A DNA stretch of 62,558 nt, filler included. It is 4 parts of 4 records of this genome, joined end to end, with 100 filler letters (N's around TTAATTAATTAA, not from the genome) between each part and the next. Parts side by side here need not be neighbours in the genome. Positions count along the whole stretch, not along the records: positions 49,743 to 62,558 come from SRR20825010_1358; 3 more parts are not named here. One strand, given 5' to 3'. The notes under the pieces were generated by a model. It had not been told where the DNA came from and made no database searches. It saw only the letters and a program-made list of their open reading frames with translations. Position 1 is the first letter of the stretch. Each line of letters begins with the position of its first letter. The translations under genes and the position numbers were made by a program. Below are positions 49,743 through 60,826 of the stretch, piece after piece.

Positions 49743-52700
49743 GTCGTCACCATCGGATCCGGAGACACTGTCTTCGTCTTCGTTGAATTCATCCCAGTCG
49801 TCGCCGATCACGGTGTCTTCGACGCCGTCACCGAAGAGCGTGTCGTTGCCAGCTTCGCCGCTGAGCGTATCGTCGCCCGCGCCGCCGATCAGCAGATCGT
49901 CGTCGCTACCGCCGACAAGACTGTCGTTTCCGCTGCCGCCTTCGAGCGTATCGTCGCCTGCGTCGCCGGACAGGCTGTCATCGCCGCTGCCGCCATCCAG
50001 ACTGTCGTCGCCGGAGCCACCTTCGGCAACGTCGTCGCCGCTGCCGCCGACCAATGTGTCGTCACCGGCGCCAGCCGTCAGCGTGTCGTTATCCGCGCCG
50101 CCATCGAGGCTGTCATTACCGTCGCCGCCGCCGAGCGTATCCTCGCCGTCACCGCCGAGAACGGTGTCGTCGCCCGCGCCGCCGGTGACCGTGTCGTTTC
50201 CGTCACCGCCATCGACCAGATCGTTTCCGTCACCGCCATCGAGGGTGTCGTCTCCCGCGCCACCAAGCACGGTGTCATTACCCGCACCGCCATCGGCAAG
50301 GTCATTACCATCGCCGCCATCGACCGTGTCCTGGCCCGCGCCTCCGTCGAGCACGTCGTCGTCCGCGCCGCCGTCGAGGCTGTCGTTGCCGTCGCCGCCA
50401 TTGAGCGTATCCTGGCCTTCATTGCCGAGAACGGTATCGTCGCCCGCGCCGCCGTCCAGACTGTCGTTGCCGTCCCCGCCATCGACCAGATCGTTTCCGT
50501 CGCCGCCGTCGAGTGTGTCGTCACCGGCCCCGCCGAGAACAGTATCGTCGCCGGAGCCGCCATCCGCGCTGTCATTGCCCGCACCGCCGAGCACGGTGTC
50601 GTCACCGCTGCCGCCGTCGAGCGAGTCATCGCCATCGCCACCAACGACAAGATCATTGTCCGCGCCGCCATCAAGGGTGTCGTCGCCCGCGCCGCCGCTG
50701 ACAGTATCCGCACCGTCGCCGCCTTCGAGCACATCCTCGCCGTCGCCACCATCGATCGTGTCGCTGCCGGCATCGGCGTCGATGCTGTCATTGCCAACGC
50801 CGCCGTCGAGGCTGTCGTTACCGAGGCCGCCAAGCAGCGTATCGTTGCCGCCCTCGCCATCCATGGTGTCGTTTCCGTCACCGCCGATCAGGAAATCGTC
50901 GCCGTCACCGCCGGAAATATCGTCGCTGCCGGCGCCGCCGTTAATGGTGTCGTCGTCGGCTGTCCCGGAAAGGGTGTCGTCGAGGGATTCCGTGCTGAAC
51001 TTCAGCTCGGTATCGTCGCCGTTCTGGGTAACGATGGCAGCGGCGAATTCACCGTTCACGGTGAAGGTCACATCCGGTGTGCCGTCGCCATTGGTATCGA
51101 TCTGGACTGTGGTTTGGCCGTTTTCGGGCGTGAGGGAGACATTGCCCTCGGAGAACTGCGTATCGTCAAAACGCAGAACGTCCTGATCGTCATAGTCGGC
51201 GATCAGATCGCCGTTGAAAGAGTCGGGCGTGCCCGAGAAAGTGTCCGCGCCGGAACCGCCGACCAGTGTATCGCTGCCTGCGCCGCCCTCGAGCAAGTCA
51301 TCGCCGGAGCCGCCAACAAGGCTGTCGTCACCGTCGCCACCAAGCAATACGTCATTGCCGCCTGCGCCCGACAATGTGTCGTCACCGGCGCCGCCCTCGA
51401 ACCGGTCCGCATAGGCGCTGCCATTGACCTGATCGTCACCAGCACCCGCATTGAAACCGAGACCGATGAAATCCGCATCGATGACATCGTTGCCACTGGT
51501 GATGGAACCGAACACATCCATCAGCTGGTCGTCGGTGATGGTCACGCCATCGTCGGTAAACTCGAATCCTTCGACGCGGCGGAAATCCTCCGTCCAGCGC
51601 TGGATCTGAACGAGATCGTCGTAATCGTCCAGGCTGGCCGCACCGGGCTGCCAGACAGAGACATTCAGCGTCGAGCCATCGAGCGAGAAGGTGGTGTTCT
51701 GAAGGATATCGTCGCCGACGAGCTGCAGGCTGTCGGCCGTGCCGCCGTCTTTATCGATAGGCGAGTAAACCGCACCGAGAGGGGACTGACCGGTGAAGAC
51801 ATATTCGTCGAGAATCGTGTCGCGGCCTTCGCCGGCCCGGTAGACGTAGCTGTCATTTCCGCCGCCGCCGCGCAATTCATCGTCGCCCGCGCCACCCGAC
51901 AGGGTGTCGTTCGCGGCGGCTTCGTTGATCGTGCCGCGTTGGCCGGCGCTGCCGCGGATTGTATCGTTACCGTCATTGCCCATAAGGACATCTTCGCCGG
52001 CGCCGCCATCGATAAAGTCGTCTCCGGCACCGCCGCTGATCGTGTCCTTGCCGGAGCCGCCATAGATCGCGTCCGCGCCGTCTCCGCCATCGCCCAGATT
52101 ACTGCCGTTGCCGAGGCGAATGGTATCGTCGCCATCACCACCGGAAAGCGTATCGTTACCACCGGCCGCCGAGAGGGAATCATTCCCGCCGGCGCCGTCC
52201 ATTCTGGTGTTGTCGGTACCGCTCCAGGTCAGCGCGTCACCTCCGGCACTGCCGGAAATGTTTTGCAGGATGTCGGTGACATCCATCTGGCTGCCGTCGG
52301 AGAATTCGAAAGTCTCGACCCGGTTCAGCGAGTCACGCCAGTCGATGATGGTGATCTGGTCGTCAAGATCGAGAATATCCGAGTCGCCATCCCGGATGGC
52401 GACGATCAGATCGTCACCGACCAGATCGATCCAGATGTCGCTTGCGGTAATGCCGTCCTCGAAGGAGAGAACATCGTTGCCGGCAAACTCGTCCCGGGTA
52501 AAGAGGACAACCTGCCCGCCCGGTGCCATCTGCGTGTGGATATATTCGTCGTGGATCTGGTCCTGACCGTCCCCCACGCCGTATCGGTAGACATCGTCAC
52601 CGCCGCCGCCGCGCAGGGTATCCGCCCCGGCGCCGCCGCTCAGCGTGTCGTTTCCGGCTTCCTCGTTGACGTTGCCGCGTTCGCCGCCCGAGCCGCGCAG

Positions 52701-53582
52701 AAGGTCGTCACCGTCGCCGCCCTCGAGGCTGTCATCGCCGTCGCCACCGTCGAGCGTATCGTTGCCTACACCGCCATCGATGGTGTCGTCGCCATCTTCG
52801 CCAAAGAGGTGGTCGCCCCCCTCGTCGCCGAAAACGCCATCATTGCCCGCACCGGCATTCACGGTATCGGCACCGGTGCCGCCATCGATTGAATCAGCTC
52901 CGGCGCCCGAGCTAACCAGGTCGTCACCGTCTCCGGACGAGACCGTGATTTCCTCGCTGCTGCTCCAGTCGATTGTGTCGGCACCGTTGGAGCCGGAGAT
53001 GTTTTCCAGGATGTCGGCCGACGTCCAGATCGTTCCGTCGTCGAATTCGAACTGTTCAATCCGGGTATCCGTATTTTCCCAGCCCTGGATCACCACCAGA
53101 TCATCGGAATCATACAGGTCCACACCGGGCTGCCGGATGGCGACATAAAGATCGCCGCCGCTGACCGTGATCCAGAGATCGTCGGCGGAGAGCCCCGAGC
53201 CGAAGCGCAGCGTATCGAAGCCGCCATTAACCTGCTGAACCGGTTGCAGGCCGCCAAGCGGGTTCTTCGGGTAGATGTGATATTCGTCGAGGATTTCGTC
53301 CCGGCCGCCGCCGATCCGGAATTCGTAGGTGTCGTTACCGCCGCCAGCGCGCAGGGTATCGTTACCCGCGCCGCCATCCAGGGTATCGTCATAGGCCAGC
53401 TCGTTGACCGAGGTTTCAGCGCCCGCGCTGCCAAGCAGCAGGTCATCGCCAAGTCCGCCTACGAGCGAATCTGCTCCGGCGCCGCCGTCAATCGTATCCG
53501 CCCCGGCGCCACCGTTGATCGTGTCGGCGTTGCCGGTACCGATTAACGAGTCATTCCCGTTCGTTCCGTTCAACTCGGCCAT
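49743..53582 (-). CDS. RTX / haemolysin-type Ca-binding repeat protein, 3'-truncated
   Basis: Dozens of GGxGxDxL nonapeptides plus three RIExFEFxDG-type domains; no signal peptide. Confidence 0.93.
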
Positions 53583-53966
53583 TTAACGTCTCACGAGGCA
53601 CAGATATTGTGTACCGGTTATGCCAAGCCGCAATTTATTGCATGGAAAGATGAAGAAATTACGAACGGCGTCGTACCAAAGGGTGCATTTTGCATACATC
53701 TTTATGTCTCATTCTGCGACAATAAGTACTTGTATCACAACATACTAAGGATACATCGGAAACTATGATAAAAAACTGCATAAAAAGCCATGTAATTCTT
53801 TTCGATATATCGAATCAGAGGTTCGCTTGATGCGGCAGGCAGCATTTGGGATAACATCCCCGCGCCGTGATCTAAAACCGGGCGCAGCCGACCGATCCTG
53901 CCTGTATGCCGCGTTCTTTATCCGGCTGGAATGGGCGTAATCTGCAGAGCCGGAGCTCGAGACAGC

Positions 53967-54551
53967 ATGAACCTGACTGCCTTTTTCGAAAGCGAGCTGA
54001 GTGAGCATCTGAAAGTTGCCGAGGCTGTACGGACAAGCCTTGCGGAACCGTTTGTGTCTCTGACTGAAAGATGTGTGTCTTCGCTTCGGGGGGGCGGCAA
54101 GATCCTGTTCTTCGGAAATGGCGGCAGCGCATCCGATGCCCAGCACCTTGCCACTGAACTCACCGTTCGATACATCAAGGATCGTCCGGCCATCGCGGCA
54201 ATTGCATTAACCACCGACGGCTCAGCACTAACCGCCGGGGGCAACGATCTCGGGTTCGACAAGGTGTTCTCCCGGCAGATTGAGGCGCTGGGTAAGCCGG
54301 GCGACGTTGCCATTGGTATTTCAACCTCTGGCCGCTCGCCGAATATCATCGCCGGCCTCAAGATGGCGCGGGAAAAGGGGCTTGTCGCAGCCGGGCTTAC
54401 GGGACGTACCGGTGGGGACATGGTCGGCCTCGCGGATCCACTGATCATAGTGCCGCATGATGCGGCGGCGAGAATTCAGGAAATGCACATCACCATCGGT
54501 CAGGCTCTTTGTGGTGCCATCGAGATCGAGTTGGGGCTCGTGGAGGCGTAA
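53967..54551 (+). CDS. gmhA: Phosphoheptose isomerase
   Basis: GNGGSASDAQH, GISTSGRS, RIQEMH. Confidence 0.95.
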   Translation: MNLTAFFESELSEHLKVAEAVRTSLAEPFVSLTERCVSSLRGGGKILFFGNGGSASDAQHLATELTVRYIKDRPAIAAIALTTDGSALTAGGNDLGFDKVFSRQIEALGKPGDVAIGISTSGRSPNIIAGLKMAREKGLVAAGLTGRTGGDMVGLADPLIIVPHDAAARIQEMHITIGQALCGAIEIELGLVEA

Positions 54552-56026
54552 TGACGCACGATTCCGACCTCTCCGCCAAAGTCGAGTCCCTCGCCGGGGT
54601 TCGCCTGCTCTGTGTTGGCGATGCCATGCTCGACCGGTTCGTCTACGGGACGGTCGACCGGATTTCGCCGGAGGCGCCGGTCCCGGTTTTGCGGATCGAG
54701 CGCGAGGCGGCGATGCTTGGCGGTGCCGGGAATGTGGTTCGCAACCTGGTCGCCCTTGGTGCGGAAGCCTGCTTCATTACCGTCATAGGACGGGATGCGG
54801 CTGGGCGGGAGCTGACCGGTCTGGTGGCTGAGGAACCAGGCGTTGAGAGTCATCTGCTGACGGTTCCGGAGCGTGAGACGACGATCAAGACCCGGTATGT
54901 TGCCGGTGCGCAGCAGTTATTGCGCGCGGATCAGGAAAATGTGCACGCAATCGATGCCGGCCTTGAGGAAGATCTGATTTCCCGGGCCGTCGCCGATCTC
55001 GAAGAATCCTCCGCGCTGGTATTGTCGGATTACGGCAAGGGGCTGTTGACGGATTCCATTCTGGGCGCACTGATTTCGGCGGCGCGGGACAAGGGCCGTC
55101 CGATCATTGTCGACCCGAAGGGCACCGACTACACACGCTATCGAGGGGCGACGGCAATCACACCGAACAGGCGTGAGTTGTCCGAGGCGAGCGGTATGCC
55201 GGTTACTTCCACCGATGAAATTGTGGCTGCTGCCCGGCACATTATCGAGGTATCGGGGATCGGGGCCGTGCTCGTCACCCGGAGCCAGGATGGCATGACC
55301 TATGTCTCCGGCAACCCGGATGAGGCGCCGCTGCATTTCGATGCGATGGCGCGGGAAGTCTTCGATGTTTCCGGTGCCGGCGATACGGTCGTGGCGGTTC
55401 TGGCCGCTTCCCTGGGCCGCGGACTTCCTGTCTCCGAAGGGATTGAGCTGGCGAATGCGGCTGCGGGAATTGTGGTCGGCAAGATGGGCACAGCGGTGGC
55501 CTACGCCTCAGAACTCGCAGCGGCCTTCAGGGCCCACGATCTGTTGCAGGGCGAGGTCAAGGTCGCGTCGCCCGACATGATCGCCAAGCGGGCGGAAGAG
55601 TGGCGCAAGCAGGGCCTCAAGGTTGGCTTCACGAATGGCTGCTTCGACTTGCTGCATCCGGGGCACGTTTCCCTGATGCGCCAGGCCAAGGCCGCCTGCG
55701 ACCGGCTGATCGTTGGTCTGAACAGCGATGCCTCGGTGTCGCGTTTGAAAGGGCCGACCCGGCCTGTACAATCGGAAGCCGCGCGCGCGTCGGTATTGGC
55801 GTCTCTCGCATCGGTGGATGGAATTGCGATCTTCGGCGAGGATACGCCACAGGAGCTGATCGAGATGATCCGCCCCGACGTGCTGGTGAAAGGTGCCGAT
55901 TATACGGTTGAAACCGTGGTTGGTGCCGAATTCGTGCAATCCTATGGCGGCAAAGTGGTGCTCGCCGGGCTTGAGGATGGCCACAGCACGACGGCGACCA
56001 TCGCCCGGATGAACGCGGGCCGGTAA
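54551..56026 (+). CDS. hldE: Bifunctional heptose-7-phosphate kinase / heptose-1-phosphate adenylyltransferase
   Basis: RISPEAPVPV, SDYGKG, DVSGAGDT, FTNGCFDLLHPGH, KGADY, GHSTT. Confidence 0.95.
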   Translation: MTHDSDLSAKVESLAGVRLLCVGDAMLDRFVYGTVDRISPEAPVPVLRIEREAAMLGGAGNVVRNLVALGAEACFITVIGRDAAGRELTGLVAEEPGVESHLLTVPERETTIKTRYVAGAQQLLRADQENVHAIDAGLEEDLISRAVADLEESSALVLSDYGKGLLTDSILGALISAARDKGRPIIVDPKGTDYTRYRGATAITPNRRELSEASGMPVTSTDEIVAAARHIIEVSGIGAVLVTRSQDGMTYVSGNPDEAPLHFDAMAREVFDVSGAGDTVVAVLAASLGRGLPVSEGIELANAAAGIVVGKMGTAVAYASELAAAFRAHDLLQGEVKVASPDMIAKRAEEWRKQGLKVGFTNGCFDLLHPGHVSLMRQAKAACDRLIVGLNSDASVSRLKGPTRPVQSEAARASVLASLASVDGIAIFGEDTPQELIEMIRPDVLVKGADYTVETVVGAEFVQSYGGKVVLAGLEDGHSTTATIARMNAGR

Positions 56027-56156
56027 CTGATTTTATCCCGATTGGCCCCGTTGCGCTTCGGGCGCATCGGGGCAAGAATGCTGGATCTGCTTGTGCTCCC
56101 CGGTTCCGCCCGGAACCTTTTTGGGGAGGCTGAAAAAAATCAAAGGGAGATCCTGG

Positions 56157-56699
56157 ATGGCCTACGGTCTGAACGAATTTTGTCGCGAAAGCCATGACGC
56201 CCTGGCCCGTGACAACAGCCCCGCGGGCCGGGAAGTGGTTCGCAAGAACCTTGAAAAGCTGCTCACGAACAAGGAATTCGTCGAGGAAGTTTGCGGCAAG
56301 GATGCGCCGGTCGGCGTGACCGAGCTGTATCGTGACGATGAGCTTGAGTTTGTCGTGCTTGCTCATGTGAACGACAAGCCGCACGCCTCGCCGCCGCACG
56401 ACCATGGCACTTCCTGGGCGATCTACGGACAGGCCAAGGAATATACCGACATGAGCGAGTTCAGCCGTCCTGGCGGCGGGGACAGCGATGGAGACGTAAA
56501 GATCGAGCATGTGAAGACCTACCGGCTCGAGCCCGGTCAGGCCGGTCTGTACGATATACGGGCCATCCACGCGATCGATTATCCGGCCCAGGCCTGCTTC
56601 GTGCGGGTGACCGGGCGGCCGCTGGAGAACGAGCCGCGCCTGCGTTACGACATGGATGCAGGCAAGGCCATCTTCATCGCGAACCGCTCCGCGAGCTGA
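56157..56699 (+). CDS. Cupin, cysteine-dioxygenase-like
   Basis: SPPHDHGTSWAIYG ... AIHAI (3-His cupin pattern); RBS GGGAG. Confidence 0.7.
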   Translation: MAYGLNEFCRESHDALARDNSPAGREVVRKNLEKLLTNKEFVEEVCGKDAPVGVTELYRDDELEFVVLAHVNDKPHASPPHDHGTSWAIYGQAKEYTDMSEFSRPGGGDSDGDVKIEHVKTYRLEPGQAGLYDIRAIHAIDYPAQACFVRVTGRPLENEPRLRYDMDAGKAIFIANRSAS

Positions 56700-58974
56700 C
56701 GGCCTCCGCGAGCAAATCGCCAAGATCCCGGGCCGCGCCCGCCGTCCCGACGACGGAGGGGCGGGCGGCCCGGATACGGCTGACGATCTCCGTCCGTTTC
56801 GCGGGATCGTTGGCGATCTCCGTCGCCTTTGCCGCATAGTCGGCGCGCCCTGAAGCGATGCACTCCTCGACCCCCATTGTCCGGTACAGCCCCGTGGTCA
56901 TGCGGCCGCGCATAAAGGCGCTCGGCCAGGTGATCGCGGGCGTTCCGGCGGCAAACCCGCCAAGCGTGGTGTTGCTGCCGCCGAAATGGATCGGGTCCAG
57001 CATGACCTCCGCGGCGCCAAGCAGGCGCATGTAATCGGCTTTCGGCAGGAATGGCACAAACCGCACCCGCTCCATATCCGCTCCCAGAGCCGGGGCAAGC
57101 CGGGCTTTGACCCGCTTTGTCCATGCGCTGTTCGCGCCTTCGATCAGACCGATAATACCTTTCGGGTCGGCGCGCAGAATGTCGCCGAGCCAGAGATCGA
57201 ATTCGGGGTGCAGCTTGAAGAGGTTTTGCGGGCAGAGATAAAGCGGCCGGTCGTCCGGCAGACCAAAATCGGATTTCGCGCCAGCCGGCGGGACATGTTC
57301 GTCGCGATAGTTCATCGGAATGCTGGGGCTGCGTACCAGACGTTCCGAATAGTGTGCCTCCGCGCCTTCCTCTTCGAAACAGTCCGGCGAGAGATAGGCA
57401 TCGATCGTGCTGATGCCGGTGGTCACGGGATGGCCCCAGGTGACCCATTGCACCGGTGCCAGACGGGAGTGGGCGAGGAAGTAGGTGAATGGCTCCATGC
57501 CGATATCGGTATAGAGCAATGCATCGAGGCGGCAGGCCGCCGCACTCTCCGCCGCCCGGGCAATATCCGCCGGCAGTTCCACAACCTCCTCGAACCGGGC
57601 CGCGATCTCCGCCGCCGCCGTATCCCGCAGGCCGGGCGGGCGCAGCAGGGTGAGCGAGAAGCGCTCCCGGTCGATCCCGGTCACCAGATCTCCGAACACG
57701 GCGCCGATCGTGTGTCCGGCGAGATGTGATGAGCAGATGCCGAGGCGGATTTTCCGGTTGGTGGGAGGCGGGCTGTCCTCTGCATGAGGCGCAGCGAAGT
57801 TCAGCATCGGACAGGCGCGCCTGTAAAAACGGCTGATGCCTTCCGCGAGATCCCGGTCGTTCCGGCCGTGATAGACGAGATAGAAGTTGGCGGCGCCGAT
57901 CTCGGTGAGCGGGTTTCTGAGCGTGATCCGCTCAGCCTCGGGAGAGGCGAGGAAGGCGGCGATCTTGTCCCGCGCGGCATCGATCTGCGGCAAATCCCGG
58001 GGAATAACCGGCAGGGAAAAGGCGCGGCGGACCGCGAAGGCCGGCTCTGACGGAAAGCGTTCACTTGCCGTGACGTAAGTGTTCAGCGCGGTCTCGTACT
58101 GCCCGGCGCTCAGCTGTGTGTTCGCCAGGTTACGCATGATCTCGGCCTTGTCCGGAGCGGTGGCGAAGGCATGGCGGTAGAGCGCGATGGCGCGGGCGCT
58201 GTCTTTCCGCTCCTGCAGCAGAATGCCGAGATCGTTCAGCAGATCGGCGAGACCGGGGGAGAGGATCAGCGCGCGCTTGAAGTCCTGCATGGCGTCCGCC
58301 GTCCGGCCAATCGCGCGCCGTGCTTGCGCACGGTTGGCGAAGGGTGTGTGACCGGAAGCCTGAAGAATAATGGCCCGGTCATAGAGCGGCAGGGACTCCG
58401 CATGATGACCTTGCCCTTGCAGGTGGAGAGCAAGGTTGTAGAGGGCCGTGAAATCGTCCGGAGTCAGAAGGATTGCGCGTCTTGATGCTCTGCCCGCTCC
58501 CGATGGGTCGCCCGCCTGTTTTTTTGCCGATGCACAGGCATTCCAGAACGTGGCATTGCCTGCCAGGTTGCCGGATGCGCTGGCCAGGGCTGAGACCGCC
58601 TGGTCTGCCGCGCCGGAATCGATCAGGGCATAGCCGAGATTGAGGCGGAAATCGTGCCGCCCCGGAGCGGCAACAAGGGCGCGCTGGATCTGAATGGCGG
58701 CGGGTGCCGGATGGCCAGCCTGAAGCATCGCGGTTCCAAGAAGATGCCAGCTATCCGCTTCGGAGGGTAACGCGCAGAGAACGCGGCGATATCCGCTGAC
58801 GGCCTCGGAGATCCGCCCGGCTTGATGCAGGCCATGTGCCGCGATCAGCATGTCGCGAATCTGCACGCCGTATCTCCCTTCCCCTGGGTTGTCCTCGATT
58901 GCGGCCAAGTCGCTCGAATCGCTTATCATGCCGGCATGCCGATGGCGATTCCCGATGACAGGCGCGGCGGTCAT
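56674..58974 (-). CDS. TPR-containing O-GlcNAc transferase / GT41 (SPINDLY-like)
   Basis: N-terminal TPRs; HTIG, RLAPVQ..WGHPVTTG, LFKLHP, LDPIHFGGSNTT. Start uncertain. Confidence 0.88.
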   Translation of the reverse strand: MTAAPVIGNRHRHAGMISDSSDLAAIEDNPGEGRYGVQIRDMLIAAHGLHQAGRISEAVSGYRRVLCALPSEADSWHLLGTAMLQAGHPAPAAIQIQRALVAAPGRHDFRLNLGYALIDSGAADQAVSALASASGNLAGNATFWNACASAKKQAGDPSGAGRASRRAILLTPDDFTALYNLALHLQGQGHHAESLPLYDRAIILQASGHTPFANRAQARRAIGRTADAMQDFKRALILSPGLADLLNDLGILLQERKDSARAIALYRHAFATAPDKAEIMRNLANTQLSAGQYETALNTYVTASERFPSEPAFAVRRAFSLPVIPRDLPQIDAARDKIAAFLASPEAERITLRNPLTEIGAANFYLVYHGRNDRDLAEGISRFYRRACPMLNFAAPHAEDSPPPTNRKIRLGICSSHLAGHTIGAVFGDLVTGIDRERFSLTLLRPPGLRDTAAAEIAARFEEVVELPADIARAAESAAACRLDALLYTDIGMEPFTYFLAHSRLAPVQWVTWGHPVTTGISTIDAYLSPDCFEEEGAEAHYSERLVRSPSIPMNYRDEHVPPAGAKSDFGLPDDRPLYLCPQNLFKLHPEFDLWLGDILRADPKGIIGLIEGANSAWTKRVKARLAPALGADMERVRFVPFLPKADYMRLLGAAEVMLDPIHFGGSNTTLGGFAAGTPAITWPSAFMRGRMTTGLYRTMGVEECIASGRADYAAKATEIANDPAKRTEIVSRIRAARPSVVGTAGAARDLGDLLAEAVSSRSGSR

Positions 58975-59002
58975 GGTAGGTTTCGCCGCAAGGGAGTGAA
59001 AC

Positions 59003-59755
59003 ATGCAAGACGAGCTGACTTTCCCGCCAATTTACCGTCCCCAACGCCATCAGGCAGGGACGGATATTCTGGCGGTCGCCGTGGAAGCGGCAAAGGCGGG
59101 TGCCGAGCCTGCGAGCCTGTTCTGGGTCGACAGCGCGGACGCGATGTTGTGCGCGGTCGTCCTGGCGCCGGACCGGCCGCTTTCCGAAAGCCTCGCGGCG
59201 GTTCATGTGGCGATGGTCGCGCTCGGTGATTGTCTTGGCGCGCAGGTGCCGCCGCAGGTCGAAGTGATGTTTGGCTGGCCGGACCGGTTGATCGTCAATG
59301 GCGGCCTTGCCGGTGGGGTGCGCCTTACGGTGGACCCGTCCGCATGGGAAAATCTGGCTGATGATCCGGTGCCGGACTGGACCGTGCTTGCGGTCGAGGT
59401 GGCGATGACGCCGCGCGCAGATGCGCCGGAGCCAGGCATGATGCTGCAGCGGACGACATTGTTCGATGAGGGGTGCGGCGAGTTGACCACGGGCGGCTTG
59501 CTGGAGAGTTTCTCGCGGCATTTCCTACTCTGGACCAGCCGCTATGTCTCGGACGGCTTCCGTCCTATCGCCGATAACTGGCTGCCGCGTGCGGCAAAGC
59601 GTGGCGAGACGGTGGATCTCAGGTTTGGTGGCGGTCAGTGGAAAGGCACCTTGCTCGGGCTCGACGAAAATGGCGGACTGGTTCTCGGTGAGACGAAAAC
59701 GCCGTTGGTGCCGTTGACCGATGTGCTGCGCAAGCCAACTTGGTCCCTTGATTGA
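59003..59755 (+). CDS. Biotin/lipoate-protein-ligase-like protein (DUF4444-type)
   Basis: AVVLAPD, WPDRLIVNG, TTLFDEG, LLESFSRHFL, GLDENGGL. Confidence 0.8.
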   Translation: MQDELTFPPIYRPQRHQAGTDILAVAVEAAKAGAEPASLFWVDSADAMLCAVVLAPDRPLSESLAAVHVAMVALGDCLGAQVPPQVEVMFGWPDRLIVNGGLAGGVRLTVDPSAWENLADDPVPDWTVLAVEVAMTPRADAPEPGMMLQRTTLFDEGCGELTTGGLLESFSRHFLLWTSRYVSDGFRPIADNWLPRAAKRGETVDLRFGGGQWKGTLLGLDENGGLVLGETKTPLVPLTDVLRKPTWSLD

Positions 59756-59768
59756 AGCAGGCGGATAC

Positions 59769-60800
59769 ATGACAGTTTTGGACCAATCACGGGATTTCTG
59801 GATCAGCTCCGGCCATGCGCTGCTTGACCGGACGGCGGATGGACGGCTTGCCGTCACGGACGATTTCCTGCGCGCGATCCTGGCCCGGCCCGAGGTGGCG
59901 CCGGTGGAGGAATCCTGCGCGACGGAGCGCAGTTTGCACGCCGCTCTTCTTGACGATCCGCGCCGCCCTGTCAGCGATATGGAGCTTGCAGCCTTCGGCG
60001 ATCCGGACGGGCGCGAGAATTACCAGATCGTGCTCGGGTTCCGGAATGCGTTGCTGGCCGCAGACAGTCTTGAAGCCTTCTATCTCTCGACCTTTCTGTC
60101 CGGCGACATTTCCATCCCGCCGCTGTTCCTCGATCAGATCGCCCATGTGGTGACGCGCAACATGCTGGAAGGCGTGAATGATCCGTTCCGGGCACGCGCC
60201 GCCGAACTGCTGTTCCGCAGCCAGCGCGTGACGTTACAGGACGGCACGGTGATGTGCGCCGACGAGGAGATCGTCGACATGCATGCGGCGGGGCAGAGTC
60301 AAAGCTCGCTGGAGCGTCTGATTGCGGAGAACGACACGCCGCTGCGCTCTGTCGAGCTGGATGTGCTGACCGAGGAAAACGCGGAGATCTATTGGGGCCG
60401 GAGCGACCGGTTCGACACGGTGCTCGACCTCACCTTTACCCGCCCCGGGCTGGATGCGCTCTGCCGGGTGCTGGAAAGCTGGACGGCTCATTTCCTTGGC
60501 GCCGACGTTTCCGTGACACCGGTGCGCAGCATCCAGGACGAGCGCTGGGTCTGGCATGTCGGCCTCGACGCGACCTCGACCGGCATTCTGAACGCGCTCT
60601 ACAAGGGCGAGGATGTCGGCGAGGAGACGCTGGTCAATCTGATCGCGCTGTTCCGGCTCGAATTCAAGCAACCGGAAGCCATGCGGGCGGATATCGCCGG
60701 GCGTCCGATCTATCTCGGACTGGCGCAGGACGCGAAAGGCGTGCTGCGGATGAAGCCACAAAATCTGCTGGTCAATTTACCGCTGGCCGTGCCGGCGTAA
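59769..60800 (+). CDS. Conserved protein (DUF6352-like, formate dehydrogenase cluster-associated)
   Basis: DFWISSGHALL, RPEVAPVEESC, WHVGLD, PIYLGLA, MKPQNLLVNLP. Confidence 0.75.
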   Translation: MTVLDQSRDFWISSGHALLDRTADGRLAVTDDFLRAILARPEVAPVEESCATERSLHAALLDDPRRPVSDMELAAFGDPDGRENYQIVLGFRNALLAADSLEAFYLSTFLSGDISIPPLFLDQIAHVVTRNMLEGVNDPFRARAAELLFRSQRVTLQDGTVMCADEEIVDMHAAGQSQSSLERLIAENDTPLRSVELDVLTEENAEIYWGRSDRFDTVLDLTFTRPGLDALCRVLESWTAHFLGADVSVTPVRSIQDERWVWHVGLDATSTGILNALYKGEDVGEETLVNLIALFRLEFKQPEAMRADIAGRPIYLGLAQDAKGVLRMKPQNLLVNLPLAVPA

Positions 60801-60826
60801 TGAAACCTGCGTAAGGGAGGAAAGAA

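Noticed and set aside
49743-50940. 27-nt periodic repeats as a possible CRISPR array
   Set aside because: They are degenerate coding nonapeptide repeats with no unique spacers and no cas genes.
49783-52892. Long plus-strand ORFs (467 aa Ser/Pro-rich; 592 aa)
   Set aside because: Antisense shadows of the repetitive RTX gene; the periodicity mirrors the GGxGxD codons.
55970-56026. HldE as a CDP/UDP-heptose-producing (STTR5-type) variant
   Set aside because: The motif reads LEDGHSTT; as I recall, the promiscuous type has Arg just before STT, which is His here.
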